A stretch of DNA of 62,919 nucleotides, filler included, from Octopus bimaculoides (Eukaryota): NCBI RefSeq assembly GCF_001194135.2. It is 3 parts of 3 records of this genome, joined end to end, with 100 filler letters (N's around TTAATTAATTAA, not from the genome) between each part and the next. Parts side by side here need not be neighbours in the genome. Positions count along the whole stretch, not along the records: positions 1 to 22,026 come from NC_068988.1; 2 more parts are not named here. One strand, written 5' to 3'. The position numbers and the translations under genes are program-made. Each line of letters begins with the position of its first letter. The stretch's first letter is position 1. This document shows, piece by piece, positions 1-12,340 of the stretch. The notes under the pieces were generated by a model. The model saw only the letters and a list, made by a program, of their open reading frames with translations. It was not told the origin of the DNA and ran no database searches.

Positions 1-741
1 TTTTTTTTTTTTTTTTTTTTGTAAATACATGTTTTACCTGTGAATTTGCGTGTGTAAATTGGGAACGCATACAACGAGTTTCTCTGCCCTAGGTGTCCGG
101 AAACACTCGGCGAGAAATGTGAGAAAATTTGAAGAAAAGAAGAAAAAAAAAACAACATAATAATAATAATAATAATACTGTTCGAAGGTTTTAAGTCAGG
201 TCGCTATATGTCAATAGCGCTACCGGTAAATAATGTGGACTGGTACTACGTGCGGCATTAAAAAAAATATATAATTCTGTGTGGAACAAGAAAATATCTA
301 AATAAGAAGATATAAATAATTCTTGTTAGAAGGAAAAGATATGAAGAAAGAAATCTCAAATGGGGGAGGTGTTGTGGTGGACGCCCCCAGGTGGGAAGTG
401 TGCTGATGCACTACTAACATATAGTGGACAGACTCATTAAGCAGTGTCAATCAGTGAGGTATGCTGTTTGGGCCAGTCAAGCAGACGACGAAGTTATGTC
501 GTCATAATGCGGGACATATCAAACATGCAAATAAATCAGTAATTACATTCATTTATTCTCCGTATTTTATCCTTGTTTTTCCTTCAATATTGAAAAATTT
601 CAATAAACCTTAACGTATGCAAATGACTTTACCATTATATGATACGGATACAACCAGTGGAATACCTTGGATTTTATAATCCCTAATGAAGACTTAACTT
701 CCTCGAATTAACTATAGATCGATAGATAAATAGATAGATTG

Positions 742-794
<53 letters not shown>

Positions 795-1357
795 GAAACA
801 AAATACAAGATATATGATAACATTCTTAGCACGAAACACTATGCTTGGAAGTAAAATATCACACCCGCAAACACACATAGATGCGCATGCACGCGCGCAC
901 ACATACACATACACGTGTGCGCGTGCGTATAAAAATTAGAGTGAGGCAGCAATTACATCCTCATCGAAATATCCTCAAATAATGTATTATCGTTTTTAAG
1001 TCACGCGTTATTGCTTTTAAAAATGTTTTAAAATGAACAAAATCATCTGAAATACACAAAGACCTGATGGTCACTTGCTGGGAAACTTATGAACTAATGT
1101 ACCTCTTCACTAGTGGTTATCAATGGATAAAGAACAACAGATCCTTTATTGTTTTCAATTATATTTTATTTATATTTTCTAATATGGGCTGTGCTACATT
1201 TTGGTACCTTCCTTAGTTGAATTACCCACGTGAAACACATTATTTTTATCAGTCTGAAGAACGTAAAAAAGTACGTTCCAGTGGAATACTTGCGTCAGAT
1301 GTAGTTGCCAGGAGAGGTAATAAAAGTATATTCAGTTTTATGAACTATATGCAAATT

Positions 1358-1410
1358 CTACTTGAATAACACGAAGACATTCATGGTTTGCAATTTCATT
1401 AACGAATTGC
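1358..1410 (-). CDS. Gene A terminal coding exon: (G)NSLMKLQTMNVFVLFK-stop
   Basis: Strong acceptor catcttttcttaatttcag|. Phase-1 entry matches exon 4, with TAG at 1360-1358. Minus-strand AATAAA occurs downstream at about 1170-1165 and 1150-1145. An extra exon hidden in the 2447-3150 gap cannot be excluded. Confidence 0.62.
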
Positions 1411-1859
1411 CTGAAATTAAGAAAAGATGTGTTTAAAAAAGATTATTTATCTAACAATGGTGGTCACAATTATACAAAAGTTGCATGGACGTTTATCTCA
1501 AAAATAAACACATGAATACAGAAATAAATGTTTAAGACCAATATTAAGACGCCTCATTAATGCCTGCATTATAAATATCATTTATTCTAAATTCAATTAA
1601 ATCACCATATCTAATCAGTAGGAAGTACAGAGTTAGGCTCAACAGGTTGGTATTTGACGTCAGTCAAAGAGCAAACATAATTTGTAGTATTTTGGGTGTT
1701 TAGTTTATCGATTGATTTGGCAGCAATTCAAATATATTTTAAGGGACATGTTTCATGTATAATTATTAATAATGATTTCAGAATTTGTTTATGTTGTATT
1801 TGCATGATTTACCCGAAATATGATATCAATGTAAGTCATATTATGAGATAGATTATTGT

Positions 1860-2135
1860 AAAATACATTATTTACATTATTTACAGTCGACGGATATTTG
1901 TCCTCTTCTTGTTTGTTGTTAACACAACGTTTCGGCTGATATACCCTCCAGCCTTCTTCAGGTGTCTTGGGGAAATTTCGAACCTGGGTTCTGATTCCTA
2001 ATGTATTTTTCGATGTTATTATTATTATTATTATTATTATCATTATTAGTGTTCAGGTCACTGCTTGGAATCGAACTCGGAATCTTGGGGTTAGTGACCC
2101 GCGCTCTTAACGACTACGCCATATGCCCACGGGCA
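1860..2135 (-). mobile_element. tRNA-headed SINE with internal (TAA)n and a Penelope-like 3' tail
   Basis: Minus strand has an A box TGGCGTAGTCG and a B box GAGTTCGATTCC, then (TAA)n, then CCTGAAGAAGGCTGGAGGGTATATCAGCCGAAACGTTG, then a (TAAATAATG)-type tail. Confidence 0.6.
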
Positions 2136-2395
2136 TATAGATGCAGAATTATACTGGGATGACAGTATTATACTCACCTATAATTCAAACGGACATCAGT
2201 TAGATAAGCTTAGCAAGAATCTCATTACTCTCTTCCAAAGAATGGGCTTACGGATTACGATAGAAAGTAACCTTAATAACGTTGATTTTTTTAGATATTA
2301 ACTTATATTTGCAATTAGAGAAATTTAAATCCTATCGCAAGCCCAATGTAAGGCTATGTTATATTAGCAAAAAATCAAATTATCCACATACATAC

Positions 2396-2446
<51 letters not shown>

Positions 2447-3314
2447 NNNNNNNNNNNNNNNNNNNNNNNNNNNNNNNNNNNNNNNNNNNNNNNNNNNNNN
2501 NNNNNNNNNNNNNNNNNNNNNNNNNNNNNNNNNNNNNNNNNNNNNNNNNNNNNNNNNNNNNNNNNNNNNNNNNNNNNNNNNNNNNNNNNNNNNNNNNNNN
2601 NNNNNNNNNNNNNNNNNNNNNNNNNNNNNNNNNNNNNNNNNNNNNNNNNNNNNNNNNNNNNNNNNNNNNNNNNNNNNNNNNNNNNNNNNNNNNNNNNNNN
2701 NNNNNNNNNNNNNNNNNNNNNNNNNNNNNNNNNNNNNNNNNNNNNNNNNNNNNNNNNNNNNNNNNNNNNNNNNNNNNNNNNNNNNNNNNNNNNNNNNNNN
2801 NNNNNNNNNNNNNNNNNNNNNNNNNNNNNNNNNNNNNNNNNNNNNNNNNNNNNNNNNNNNNNNNNNNNNNNNNNNNNNNNNNNNNNNNNNNNNNNNNNNN
2901 NNNNNNNNNNNNNNNNNNNNNNNNNNNNNNNNNNNNNNNNNNNNNNNNNNNNNNNNNNNNNNNNNNNNNNNNNNNNNNNNNNNNNNNNNNNNNNNNNNNN
3001 NNNNNNNNNNNNNNNNNNNNNNNNNNNNNNNNNNNNNNNNNNNNNNNNNNNNNNNNNNNNNNNNNNNNNNNNNNNNNNNNNNNNNNNNNNNNNNNNNNNN
3101 NNNNNNNNNNNNNNNNNNNNNNNNNNNNNNNNNNNNNNNNNNNNNNNNNNNTTCAGTATAAACTTCTCTGATTCTGTTGTTCAAATACATAATACATAAT
3201 ACTCGCAACTTTATAGATACATACCCGCACGCACGAGCCACACAGACACACACACACACAAACACACACGCATTCACACTCACACACACACACACATATA
3301 TGCACACAAAAAGA

Positions 3315-3349
<35 letters not shown>

Positions 3350-3355
3350 ACTTAC

Positions 3356-3462
3356 CCTGCTGTTCCATATAATACATCGAAAATTGTTTATGACCAACAC
3401 GTTCTGCTAACATCTTGATATCATTTTCGTTTGCTTTCTTCACGATTTTAAGAAATGATTTC
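3356..3462 (-). CDS. Gene A coding exon 4 (107 nt): (V)KSFLKIVKKANENDIKMLAERVGHKQFSMYYMEQQ(G)
   Basis: Acceptor ctgattacag| and donor CAG G|gtaagt. Only the phase-2 entry frame is open, consistent with exon 3. Confidence 0.72.
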
Positions 3463-4303
3463 CTGTAATCAGTATATTACATTTTATAATTAGCATAATG
3501 CAATACGCACAGAAATTCCATGAACGTAATAATAAATAATTATTTTGCAATTATTGCTGGCAGTTGTGTTTAATTGAGTCGATGTTAACTCCCCACCGAT
3601 CATGCTAATGTGTCATACTCAGTTTGTTATTCATGGTATAGAAAAAGAAAGAAATAAAATATTGAGTACATCAAACGTTTATTCGGTTTAGTTCAAAGTT
3701 CAATAGTGATCAGAGAGTTTTGTGAGTATTTCTCAAATGTAATGTGAACGAAGTGCATCGGTTTGTCTAGGTAGTGTCGTGATAGAGTATTTTGTAAACC
3801 ACCAGACAAGCGTAGCATAAGTTGTCAACTTTTTAAATCGCCGGCTACACAGACCACAAATTTCTGACCTGTACGGTCAACTTAGATCTGCTTCGCAAGG
3901 ATCCAGTCATAGGAAGCTGAACGCGTTCTTCCCGACATGCTCTGCTTACAAAAACAGGATTAGAAATTAGTTTAGCGGACATACATTGGGGTCGATCATC
4001 ACAAAAATGATAGTTCGCCTTAAAAAAACGTGGTTAGAATAGAAGTCATTAGGTGTAACAAGGTCGTAATTCTATTGAAAATTATAATAGACGGAGTCTT
4101 TGGAAGAGGGTCTCAGGAAAGGCAGCGCAACCGATGTGATCGTGTTGAGATGGGCTCTCAACACTAAGTACGAATGCTGCATCGCCAAATATAAGATACG
4201 TGCTCTAAGTCAAACGGGTACGAGAGCCGGTCGATGTTTCTGATAGGCTAAAGACAACATGGCAACAAAGCCATAATTCGGTGTTTCTTAGACCATAATA
4301 CGC

Positions 4304-4446
4304 AACTGGTACTTAATTTATTGATAGACCCCGAAAAGATGAAAGGCAAAGTCTACCTCTGCGGGATTTGAACCCAGAACGTAAAGGCAGACGAAATACC
4401 GCTTATCATTTCGCCCGGCGTGATAACGTTTCTGCCAGCTCGCCGC
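4304..4446 (-). mobile_element. tRNA-derived SINE
   Basis: Reverse complement reads GGCGAGCTGGCAGAAACGTT...GGGTTCAAATCC...CTTTGCCTTTCATC. The same family recurs at about 29458 and 41228. Confidence 0.7.
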
Positions 4447-5698
4447 TTTGTATCTATCACATACTACCGTCCGACTGCCTTAGCTCGCCCCAGTTTACAT
4501 TTGAACAGACTGGTGCGCCTACTTTCCCGCTTTTTGTGAGAGATGCGTCCGCTCGTCAAGGGCTCCATTTGTTATCAACAACCACTTAGTGGAGGACCCA
4601 GCATACTGCGGCTGGTGACACTCAGACTGGCCCTGATCCTACCACATCTCCAGCGTTTCATTGACGCTAGGCAAGTGTGGCCACCGTTTGTCAGACTCGC
4701 TTTTCTGCACCTCATGTCTTTGATTGAGCTGCACTCTTGAATTAATCGCAGATCGAGACTGGGTGCTTAGCATCTGAAGTGTCATCAGGCGATCGCATTC
4801 TTCAGACAGTCTGGTAACGGGGAAGGTAGAAGTTAGAATTTTGACGATCTATATAGGTCTAGTGGCGGACAAGAATGACCATATTCTTGGGGATACTGTA
4901 AGTGGCGAAGAGACTTATTTCTCTGGTCTGTTCCAGAGGGCTTTCGATCCGGAACACTTGTATAATTTCCTGAAATCTTGGTGAGTATTACCGATTACAG
5001 CCAAGGAGAATACCATCAGCCNNNNNNNNNNNNNNNNNNNNNNNNNNGGGGGGGGGGGGCTGAGGTGTGTTCAAAGCTATGAATCAATTCTGTACGCACT
5101 CGACCAGTGCCCGAACATTGTTGCCTTTTTTTCCATCGGAGGAATCCGGTTATCCGCTAGGTCCACTATGAAGATCATCTGTTAAGGTTATCCCTACGGA
5201 TTTCCATAGAAATTATAACCATCACTGATTTTGTTATGACCTTTCGTATCCGAGATGTCAGATGTAAACAAAGAATGAGATCGAGGAGAAAAATTGGTGA
5301 TGGGCGTATATGATATATCGGGAGTTATTACTCCTTCATCAGTACCCATCTAACCCATTAATCATCCATTGCTCATTAGTCGAATTCATTACTAAAATAG
5401 CCACTACGTATAGCAGTGTAAAGTTATTGCATAGATCAGTCTAATCAACTAATATCCACCAATCAAAATTGCCGGAGTTGTGCCTAAATTAGAAGCCATT
5501 ATTATATAAAGATGAATCTTCAGTTCGTCGGACAATATGCCTTGCAGTATGTGATTAGGCGTTCTATGTTCTGAGATTGAATGCTCCTGAAATCACGTTT
5601 ACCTTTATTCCTTCCGAGATCGACAACAATAAACAATGAGTCAAGTACTGTGGCCTGTTTAATTGAGGGCTAAAAAAGATCAAAACCAGAATACATAC

Positions 5699-5850
5699 AC
5701 CTCATTGAATATGTACTTCATCGGTGGACCATTACGCCAAGGCGTTGATAAGAGTTTATCTTCCTGAAACCAAGATGTATGGTTCGTGTCTGTTCCATTG
5801 AAGTTTAATGATTGAGTAACATTTTCGATGTTACTAAAACTGAGTCTGAC
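5699..5850 (-). CDS. Gene A coding exon 3 (152 nt): VRLSFSNIENVTQSLNFNGTDTNHTSWFQEDKLLSTPWRNGPPMKYIFNE
   Basis: Acceptor ggatttttacttgaag|GTC (phase 0, matches exon 2). Open frame with N-glycosylation sequons NVT, NGT and NHT. Donor GAG GT|gtatgt (phase 2) was chosen because it matches the next exon. Confidence 0.78.
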
Positions 5851-7736
5851 CTTCAAGTAAAAATCCAAATAAGATTAAAAATTAATCCCAGAAAGTGAAA
5901 GCTGGAGAGAATAGAAAAAGAAATGAGAGAGGAGATCACGAGAGAACAAACTATAAAGAAAGTGTGATATGAGAGACAAATAATGAGAGAGAGAGTAAAA
6001 GCAAGGGAGAGAGTAAAAGCAAGAGAGAGAGATAAAAGTGAGAGAGAGAGAGATAAAAGTGAGAGAAAGAGAGAAAAGTGTGAGAGAGAGAAAAAAGTGA
6101 GAGAGAGAGAGAGAAAAGTGAGAGAGAGTGAGAAAGGTGAGAGAGAGAGAAGCGTGCATGAGAGTTTGCGCTGAGTGAGGGTTCAGAATTCGAAGTCACT
6201 ATCAATACGCTTGCCTATTTACTGCGAGACAAGCTTAAGGGCGGATTGTGTCGTACTATTTTTTCTTGACGCTTTGCTTCGCCCCTGATCTTCAAGACAA
6301 AGGTGATACGACTATAGAACTTGTTAATGTTGATATAATATCCTTCCACCCAGCGACTAATACTTCTTTTAGTTCGTTCGTTGCAGGTACACGACAATCC
6401 CCCGCTTCCTGTCGCATAAAAGAGTTATGTAACCTTCTTTACTCTCTCTCTCGGAAAAAAGATTTGGGCAAAGAAATTACTTCCTTCGTAACATCCCTCT
6501 GCTCTCGTTCATATCCAAAATTCTTTCATCGGCAATAACATCTAGAAAGAGTATGCATATTGGTGCTTGTACAGCTGTTGTTATTTTATAATCAAGTTGC
6601 TAAAGCTACTGTGACGATTATTCTTTTGTCTCTTTATTTTAATCCCGCATTTTGGTGTAAGGTATTGTGGTCCCTATTCTGATTTTCTGTATTTGAGCTG
6701 TACTGCCTTTATCTCACTAATAACAATATTCATAATAACTACTATTACTACTACTACTACTACTACTACTGCTGTTGCTGCTGCTGCTACTGCTGCTGCT
6801 GCTGCTGGTTATAGAGAAATACAATTTAATGAACATTAATATTCTTTCTTCTTGCACGTTGTTTAGCCGAACAACTCTCATCGATCTGACTTATAACCAA
6901 AGACATTCCACTCGTGACCATATAGTTTGTTTTTGCACGCAGAGAGTTTCTAACGAAATTTGTACAATTGCTCCCACCTATTCTACTTTTTAAGGGCGTA
7001 AGATCTGTTATACGATTGTTGATTTAACTACTATTTCTGTAGAGGCTTCCTCGATCGTTCACTGTTCTTTTTAGGTATATTCGATGAAAGGTACGGCTGA
7101 GCTTATATACGCAAAAACTTAATCGATAACGGACAGGGTCAACAACTACAGAAGAGGTTGCAAGAAGGAAAGAAAATTTTAGAAAAAGAATAAGTAAATG
7201 AGTGGAATTCGAACTGGTGAGTGTGTTAATTAATAGAGCATTAAAACAGAATGTCTCACTCTAGATACAACAAAACTTACCATAAGACATTTGTAAATAT
7301 ATGCGGCTTGCACGTGTTTCTGTGTGCTTGTGAATCAGCGTGTATATGTGAGACTCATTGTAAATTAAAGACTTCATTTTTAGTAACATTTGACTCAATA
7401 AATATTTAAGTAGTCGATCGATTTGCCAGAAAAAGCAGCCAAACCCCGCTTTAATTACATCTTGCTTTCTGATAAAGAATAAAACGGTTGTAGTGGATAG
7501 ATAATCAAGTTAAGATAAACAATGTGCGAAAACAAGAGTGGATGTCAAGATTGGAACCCCTTTAACCACAGGAGTTAAACAGCAATAAGAAAACAAACAC
7601 TAACAGCAATACTTACGCCATTGCGATGTGGACAAGAAGAAAATTCTAAAAATCAAATGTTTAAAAACATAAAGTATTATCACATATGTTGATTGCTTAT
7701 TAAATGACAATCACTTTGAACGTAAAAATGTATTAC

Positions 7737-7828
7737 CTTTGCAATAGGCATGCTGTCCCAGTGTAAATAAAAAGGATTTCTTACAAAAAAAGTTTTTCTC
7801 ATGACAAATACTTTTTGCCAGTCTGTAC
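7737..7828 (-). CDS. Gene A coding exon 2 (92 nt): (S)TDWQKVFVMRKTFFVRNPFYLHWDSMPIAK
   Basis: Flanks atattcatacag| and AAG|gtaata. Phase 1 to phase 0, matching exon 1. Same length and phases as gene B exon 21537-21628, with 16/31 identical residues. Confidence 0.88.
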
Positions 7829-9487
7829 CTGTATGAATATTAAATGAAAATGAATGTTTTAAGGAATACTTCATATGTAAAGAAGAATTGTAATTAAACT
7901 TTATTAAGATTTTAATACTGAAACGCCGTAATTGTTGTTATTCAGCGCCAAGTCAACCCTGATTGAGAAATCCTGTGGGGAAACGGATACACGGGATTTT
8001 TAAATAAATTTTATTAAGATTTTAAAGAAAATATACTATTTTCTACCGTGCAGTGAAAATTATTGTATTGGTTTAGAAATTATAATACCCATTATATAAC
8101 TTTCCTAAGATTCATGTTGATATTTTTCATTTTTAGTTTCAGGCGTAGACGTAGCTGTGTGGTAAGAATAGTTTCATAGTTATAGTCAACCCTGATTGAG
8201 AAATCCTAAGGGAAAAGTTGTTGCAGACATGACCATCCCATTCTCTATCTCATATTTCATACCTAGAACAATAGTGCCGTTCTTTTCAAGCTAACAGGAT
8301 GTGATTGTAGGAAGGTTTGCTTAATATTTCAAATAGGTTGGCTGACCGCATAAAGTCTCTCCCCTTGAATTTATGAAGTTTGGTACTGAGTTTTACCACA
8401 ATTATCATATGGTGTGAGGTGCCATGAGATATCATCAGGAATTTTAATACTTGGTACTTGTCACTACTTTGAAGGTTTAACCGTTTTAATATAAATTTAG
8501 ATATTTAGGTAGATAGTTAGATTCTCAAACATTGCAAGCGTAGAAAATAATGTTGTTATATAAATCATTTCTTTGTCCTAATAGCGACGCCGCTCAGAAT
8601 AGCTGAGTAATGGACTGAAGTGGGTTTCTATCACCATCACTGAGAATGCACGATTTTTGAAGACAATGAAAAAGAAGCCTGTTACTTCAGATATAGTTTG
8701 CACAATGCTTTATGGATGCCTAAAATAAGTGAGATAATCAGAAGTTATGAAGATTAATACTGGTATTAATTCCCATGGCTTTGTTGTGATGACTTTCTCT
8801 TACTTGATATGTTTAATGATTGTGTTCTGGTTATATTTTCAGGGTATCTGTTCGTAGAAAACCGCTCCACTTCCTATATGGAGATAATACTTGACTAATG
8901 TATGCCTGTAGAATTTCTACGATGTGTGAAATATTTTATCCATTACGTTAAATTGATGAGCAATCCATCAACCATTGTATACGGCACGAGTAGGTTTATC
9001 GCATACCAATCACAGAAAAGAAAGAAAAACAAGATATGATTTTTTAAATAACGCTCAGGATTTTAAAGTATGTTGTGTTGCTGACAAATTACAGCTAGTA
9101 CATGGACGAAACCAGTAAAAAGTGATAAAGAAATTTTGTTCTGATATTATGTTCAACCGGGTTTTTGTCAAATTAATCTCCTTTTCCAATATAAGTCTAC
9201 ACAATATATGTGAAAATAATTTCCTGAAAAAGAATAAATGAACATAAAACACTCCATATTAAAAACAGAAGCAAAGTCTAATATATTTGCTAAAATTTGT
9301 GAATTTCCCGTTTTAGTGCTTTCTCATACAGGGGGACAGAAACGGGATGCATGAATCAGTCAAGCAGACAAACTGAACAAAAAACAAAGAAAAAAACAGA
9401 GACACCCAATATTCAGGTAGTTAGTTAGGGGCATTGTATGAGGATAATGGTGGAAATGGAATATAACAAAAAATGTGATTTACTCAC

Positions 9488-9815
9488 TTTTTCTATAGAG
9501 CATCAAATAAGATGTACAGTCGCAATCATAATCTACAAGTTTGGTGCTGTACCATCTCTTATACAGGATGCATTTACCGTTGCAATAATTAAAATAACCA
9601 CATCTGGTGTCTGACATACAATATAATGCACATTCTGTGATAGAAGCCGTTTTATTCTTTAAGCCAATTCGACTATTTATGCATCTTGGATTTGGTAATT
9701 GTTTAAAAAATTTTTCCACGTATTTCGGTTCCACAGTGTTGAGAATCACGATAACCATAATTGTCAAACATTGCAGCACCTTGTAGACTGTGTAATATTC
9801 AGTCGATGTTTTCAT
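9488..9815 (-). CDS. Gene A coding exon 1: signal peptide + 8-Cys PAN/apple-like module
   Basis: Acceptor tatatttcag|caataATG (AG at 9822-9821) and phase-1 donor AAA A|GTGAGT (9487-9482). Hydrophobic N-terminus VLQCLTIMVIVIL. Motif SITECALYCMSDTRCGYFNYCNGKCIL fits the PAN pattern S-x-x-E-C-A-x-x-C-x5-C-x-x-F-x-Y-x4-C. About 37% identical (40/109, hand count) to the gene B exon at 19761. Confidence 0.88.
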
Positions 9816-9839
9816 TATTGCTGAAATATATATATCAAG

Positions 9840-10030
9840 AAGAAAATGGAGGGGATCAAGAGTTGGTATTCATCAACTTATAGACATTATATTACGTCTA
9901 TTTATTCATTTTTTAAAAATACAATTATAGCAGTATTTTTATATTTTATATATTATATATTTAAAGCATAATATGTTATGCATGTATGTGTACTGCTATA
10001 ATTGTCTTTTTTGATCCCCTCCATTTTCTT
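9840..10030. repeat. Interrupted inverted repeat in gene A intron 1
   Basis: 9840-9859 is the perfect reverse complement of 10011-10030 (20 bp), and 9921-9935 of 9991-10005 (15 bp). Confidence 0.85.
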
Positions 10031-10194
10031 ATTGCTATATAAATTAAGGGTAAAATAACTTTTTACCCTCACCCATTTGTTACATCAGTAATGCAACTTC
10101 TATGCAATGAAAAAACACTTGTATATTAATAATTGGGTATTCTACCACTAGTATATTGGATAGATAATATCCCTTAGCTGGATATATATATATA

Positions 10195-10370
10195 TCCTTG
10201 GTAAGTCTTCTGTAGTAATCCATAATAATTATGTATAAAATCCATTACATAATTTCACATATAATTCTATTTTATATTATTTAAGTCTATGAACTATATT
10301 TGGAATACAGGACAATATAATGGATTTTATACATAATTATTATGGATTACTACAGAAGACATACCAGGGA
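10195..10370. repeat. Inverted repeat with ~53-bp arms (MITE-like hairpin)
   Basis: ggtaagtcttctgtagtaatccataataattatgtataaaatccatta pairs with taatggattttatacataattattatggattactacagaagacatacc. There is one mismatch in the core and a spacer of about 70 nt. Confidence 0.85.
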
Positions 10371-12274
10371 GGCATATAAGAATTTCAAGATTCTCATACT
10401 AAAGTGTACTTACAAAAATCAAAAGCAGTAGTTTTTAAATTTTAATTTATATTTCAAACAAATTCCATTTTCCCATATTACTTCATATTTAAAAAAAAAA
10501 ACTGCCATTCGATAAATTATACAAATTTCACATTTTATATCTCTGAAGAGCAGAAGAGTTGTCTATAAATGCTTATCAATATAGGATTCTATTATAGGGA
10601 CAGCACTTCTGCGAAACGATCGTAAGATACTTTATAAACTGAATTCGAAACTTTTAAACTGACTTCTATATTATTATATATTTATACATATTTACATATA
10701 TTTATATATATTTATATTTTTGATACAAAAATTATTTTACACACGTATATATATCTCTGAAGATTTTTCTAATATTGATTTCCTGATATTAATAGTAATA
10801 TATTATATAAAATATATATATTTGCATAGTCATCGGTCCTAGAGGCAACTCATGAAAGTTTCACAAGGATAATTATAAAAATATTGGTGTGACAAAAAAA
10901 CAAATATTTCAATCTACTGAAGTGAACAAATGACTACACAACTACAAATACAACTTAAAAAGCATACTAACAATTTGGAGATAAAATTAAAGCAGAAATA
11001 TAAATAAGAAATAGCAGAGAAAGAAATCATTGATGCTGCGAATATGAAATCGAACCCCGTCTTCCACAAATGTGCAAAAGAATAAGTTTTAATACATTAA
11101 AAAAAATTGGGTAATTGTTTCAAGAAAATAGTTCATCTAAGGAGTAAGTGAAATGATATATGAAAAAAATTATAAGCGTTTATATTTCTCTTCCGAGAAA
11201 TATGCAAATTAATAAACAAGAGGAGTTCTTCAACATCACAAATAAACATAGGGGCATTTCAGCCAAATATTTAATGTATGTATATAAATCGGAAAATATG
11301 GCTTCAACCATCAACGAAATTAATCTAACCTCGAGGGCAGAACTTGATAGGTTTCCAACAATTCACTTGACAACCTGCAATATGGGGTTTAGAAAAGTAA
11401 GTCAAGTGAATCGTGAAAGAAGTAAGCTGTGCAAAATGAAGAATGCATGATATGAGCTATCCACCAAAGATGAAGTTGAGCAGATTGTGAAATCAGAATA
11501 TTCAATATCAGCAAAATCACAAAACGAATTATCAGAAGGAAATGATTACCTACTGAGAATGAAATCAGTTTGAACGACACATTGTATGATGTCTCTCACA
11601 GAGTTTCTGCAGATTTACATCAGGATAATGAAGTAATATGTCAAATACTGTGATATAGAAGTGATGTAGCTCGACTGTGTGAAGACATTCTTCTAGTTGT
11701 TGTTGTCGTGAAATGATGTTTGTATTAACAAAAACAATAAGAACCGAAAACATAGAAGGTAACAAGAGAGAAGTAATTGGACAGTATTTGTAGTATTGTG
11801 TAAGTTCATATCTAGATGCCGACAGCCTTACATTCTCAATGGAAATATTTGACTCAGCTTCTCATTAACTCCTGAACTAAGTCACAATTTACAAATTATA
11901 ACAATTTCAATAACCTTAGTATTATTATTATTGCTGATGTTGAAAGTTTCTCTTCAATATGTTTTAGGAAATTATTCATTGTCTGGAAAGAATAATGGTT
12001 TCTTACATATGTAAAAGGTTACACATTTGCATACAGAAGAATTGTAACTGTTTGGTTCGAATTCTTATCATATATTTTTAGGGAGATATATTATCCATCC
12101 TTCTTACGATTTTACCAGTCTAAACCTACTGCTATTTCTCTCTGGAAATTATAATGGTGTCTCTAACGTAATGCAGATATGGGACAGCTACAGTAGTTTC
12201 TAAAATATGGGATTGTAAAGACAATTTTCGTTGTTATCTTTCTTCCAAACTATATTAATATTAATTCAACTTAC

Positions 12275-12340
12275 CTTTAAGAATCAATGTTGACTTTCGA
12301 AGTAAACCTTAGATTAAATTGAGATTTCAACAACCTTTTC
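12275..12340 (-). other. Gene A 5' UTR exon (3' part; transcription start not defined)
   Basis: Ends TGATTCTTAAAG|GTAAGTTGAATTAAT and aligns with gene B TGAATCTTAAAG|GTAAGTGAATTAAT. There is an in-frame TAA upstream and no ATG, so it is non-coding. The outer boundary is approximate. Confidence 0.7.

Noticed and set aside
2050-2135. tRNA-like A/B box sequences here and at 23.9, 24.4, 25.1 and 47.0 kb
   Set aside because: I could not fold a complete cloverleaf, and each continues into a repeated SINE body, so they are called SINE heads rather than tRNA genes.
2282-3400. Long ORFs containing X runs (here and at ~15, 19, 31-35, 42, 53 and 59-62 kb)
   Set aside because: They stay open only because N gaps and (TA)n/(CA)n tracts lack stop codons. 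Only the 3462-3356 exon is supported.
4450-5340. GC-richer block in gene A intron, possibly a retroelement relic
   Set aside because: No diagnostic motif was recovered in the frames I read, so it is left unannotated.
7951-8207. 24-bp direct repeat AGTCAACCCTGATTGAGAAATCCT at 7951-7974 and 8184-8207
   Set aside because: Only two copies, next to a truncated SINE head. This is most likely repeat debris, not a CRISPR array or regulatory array.
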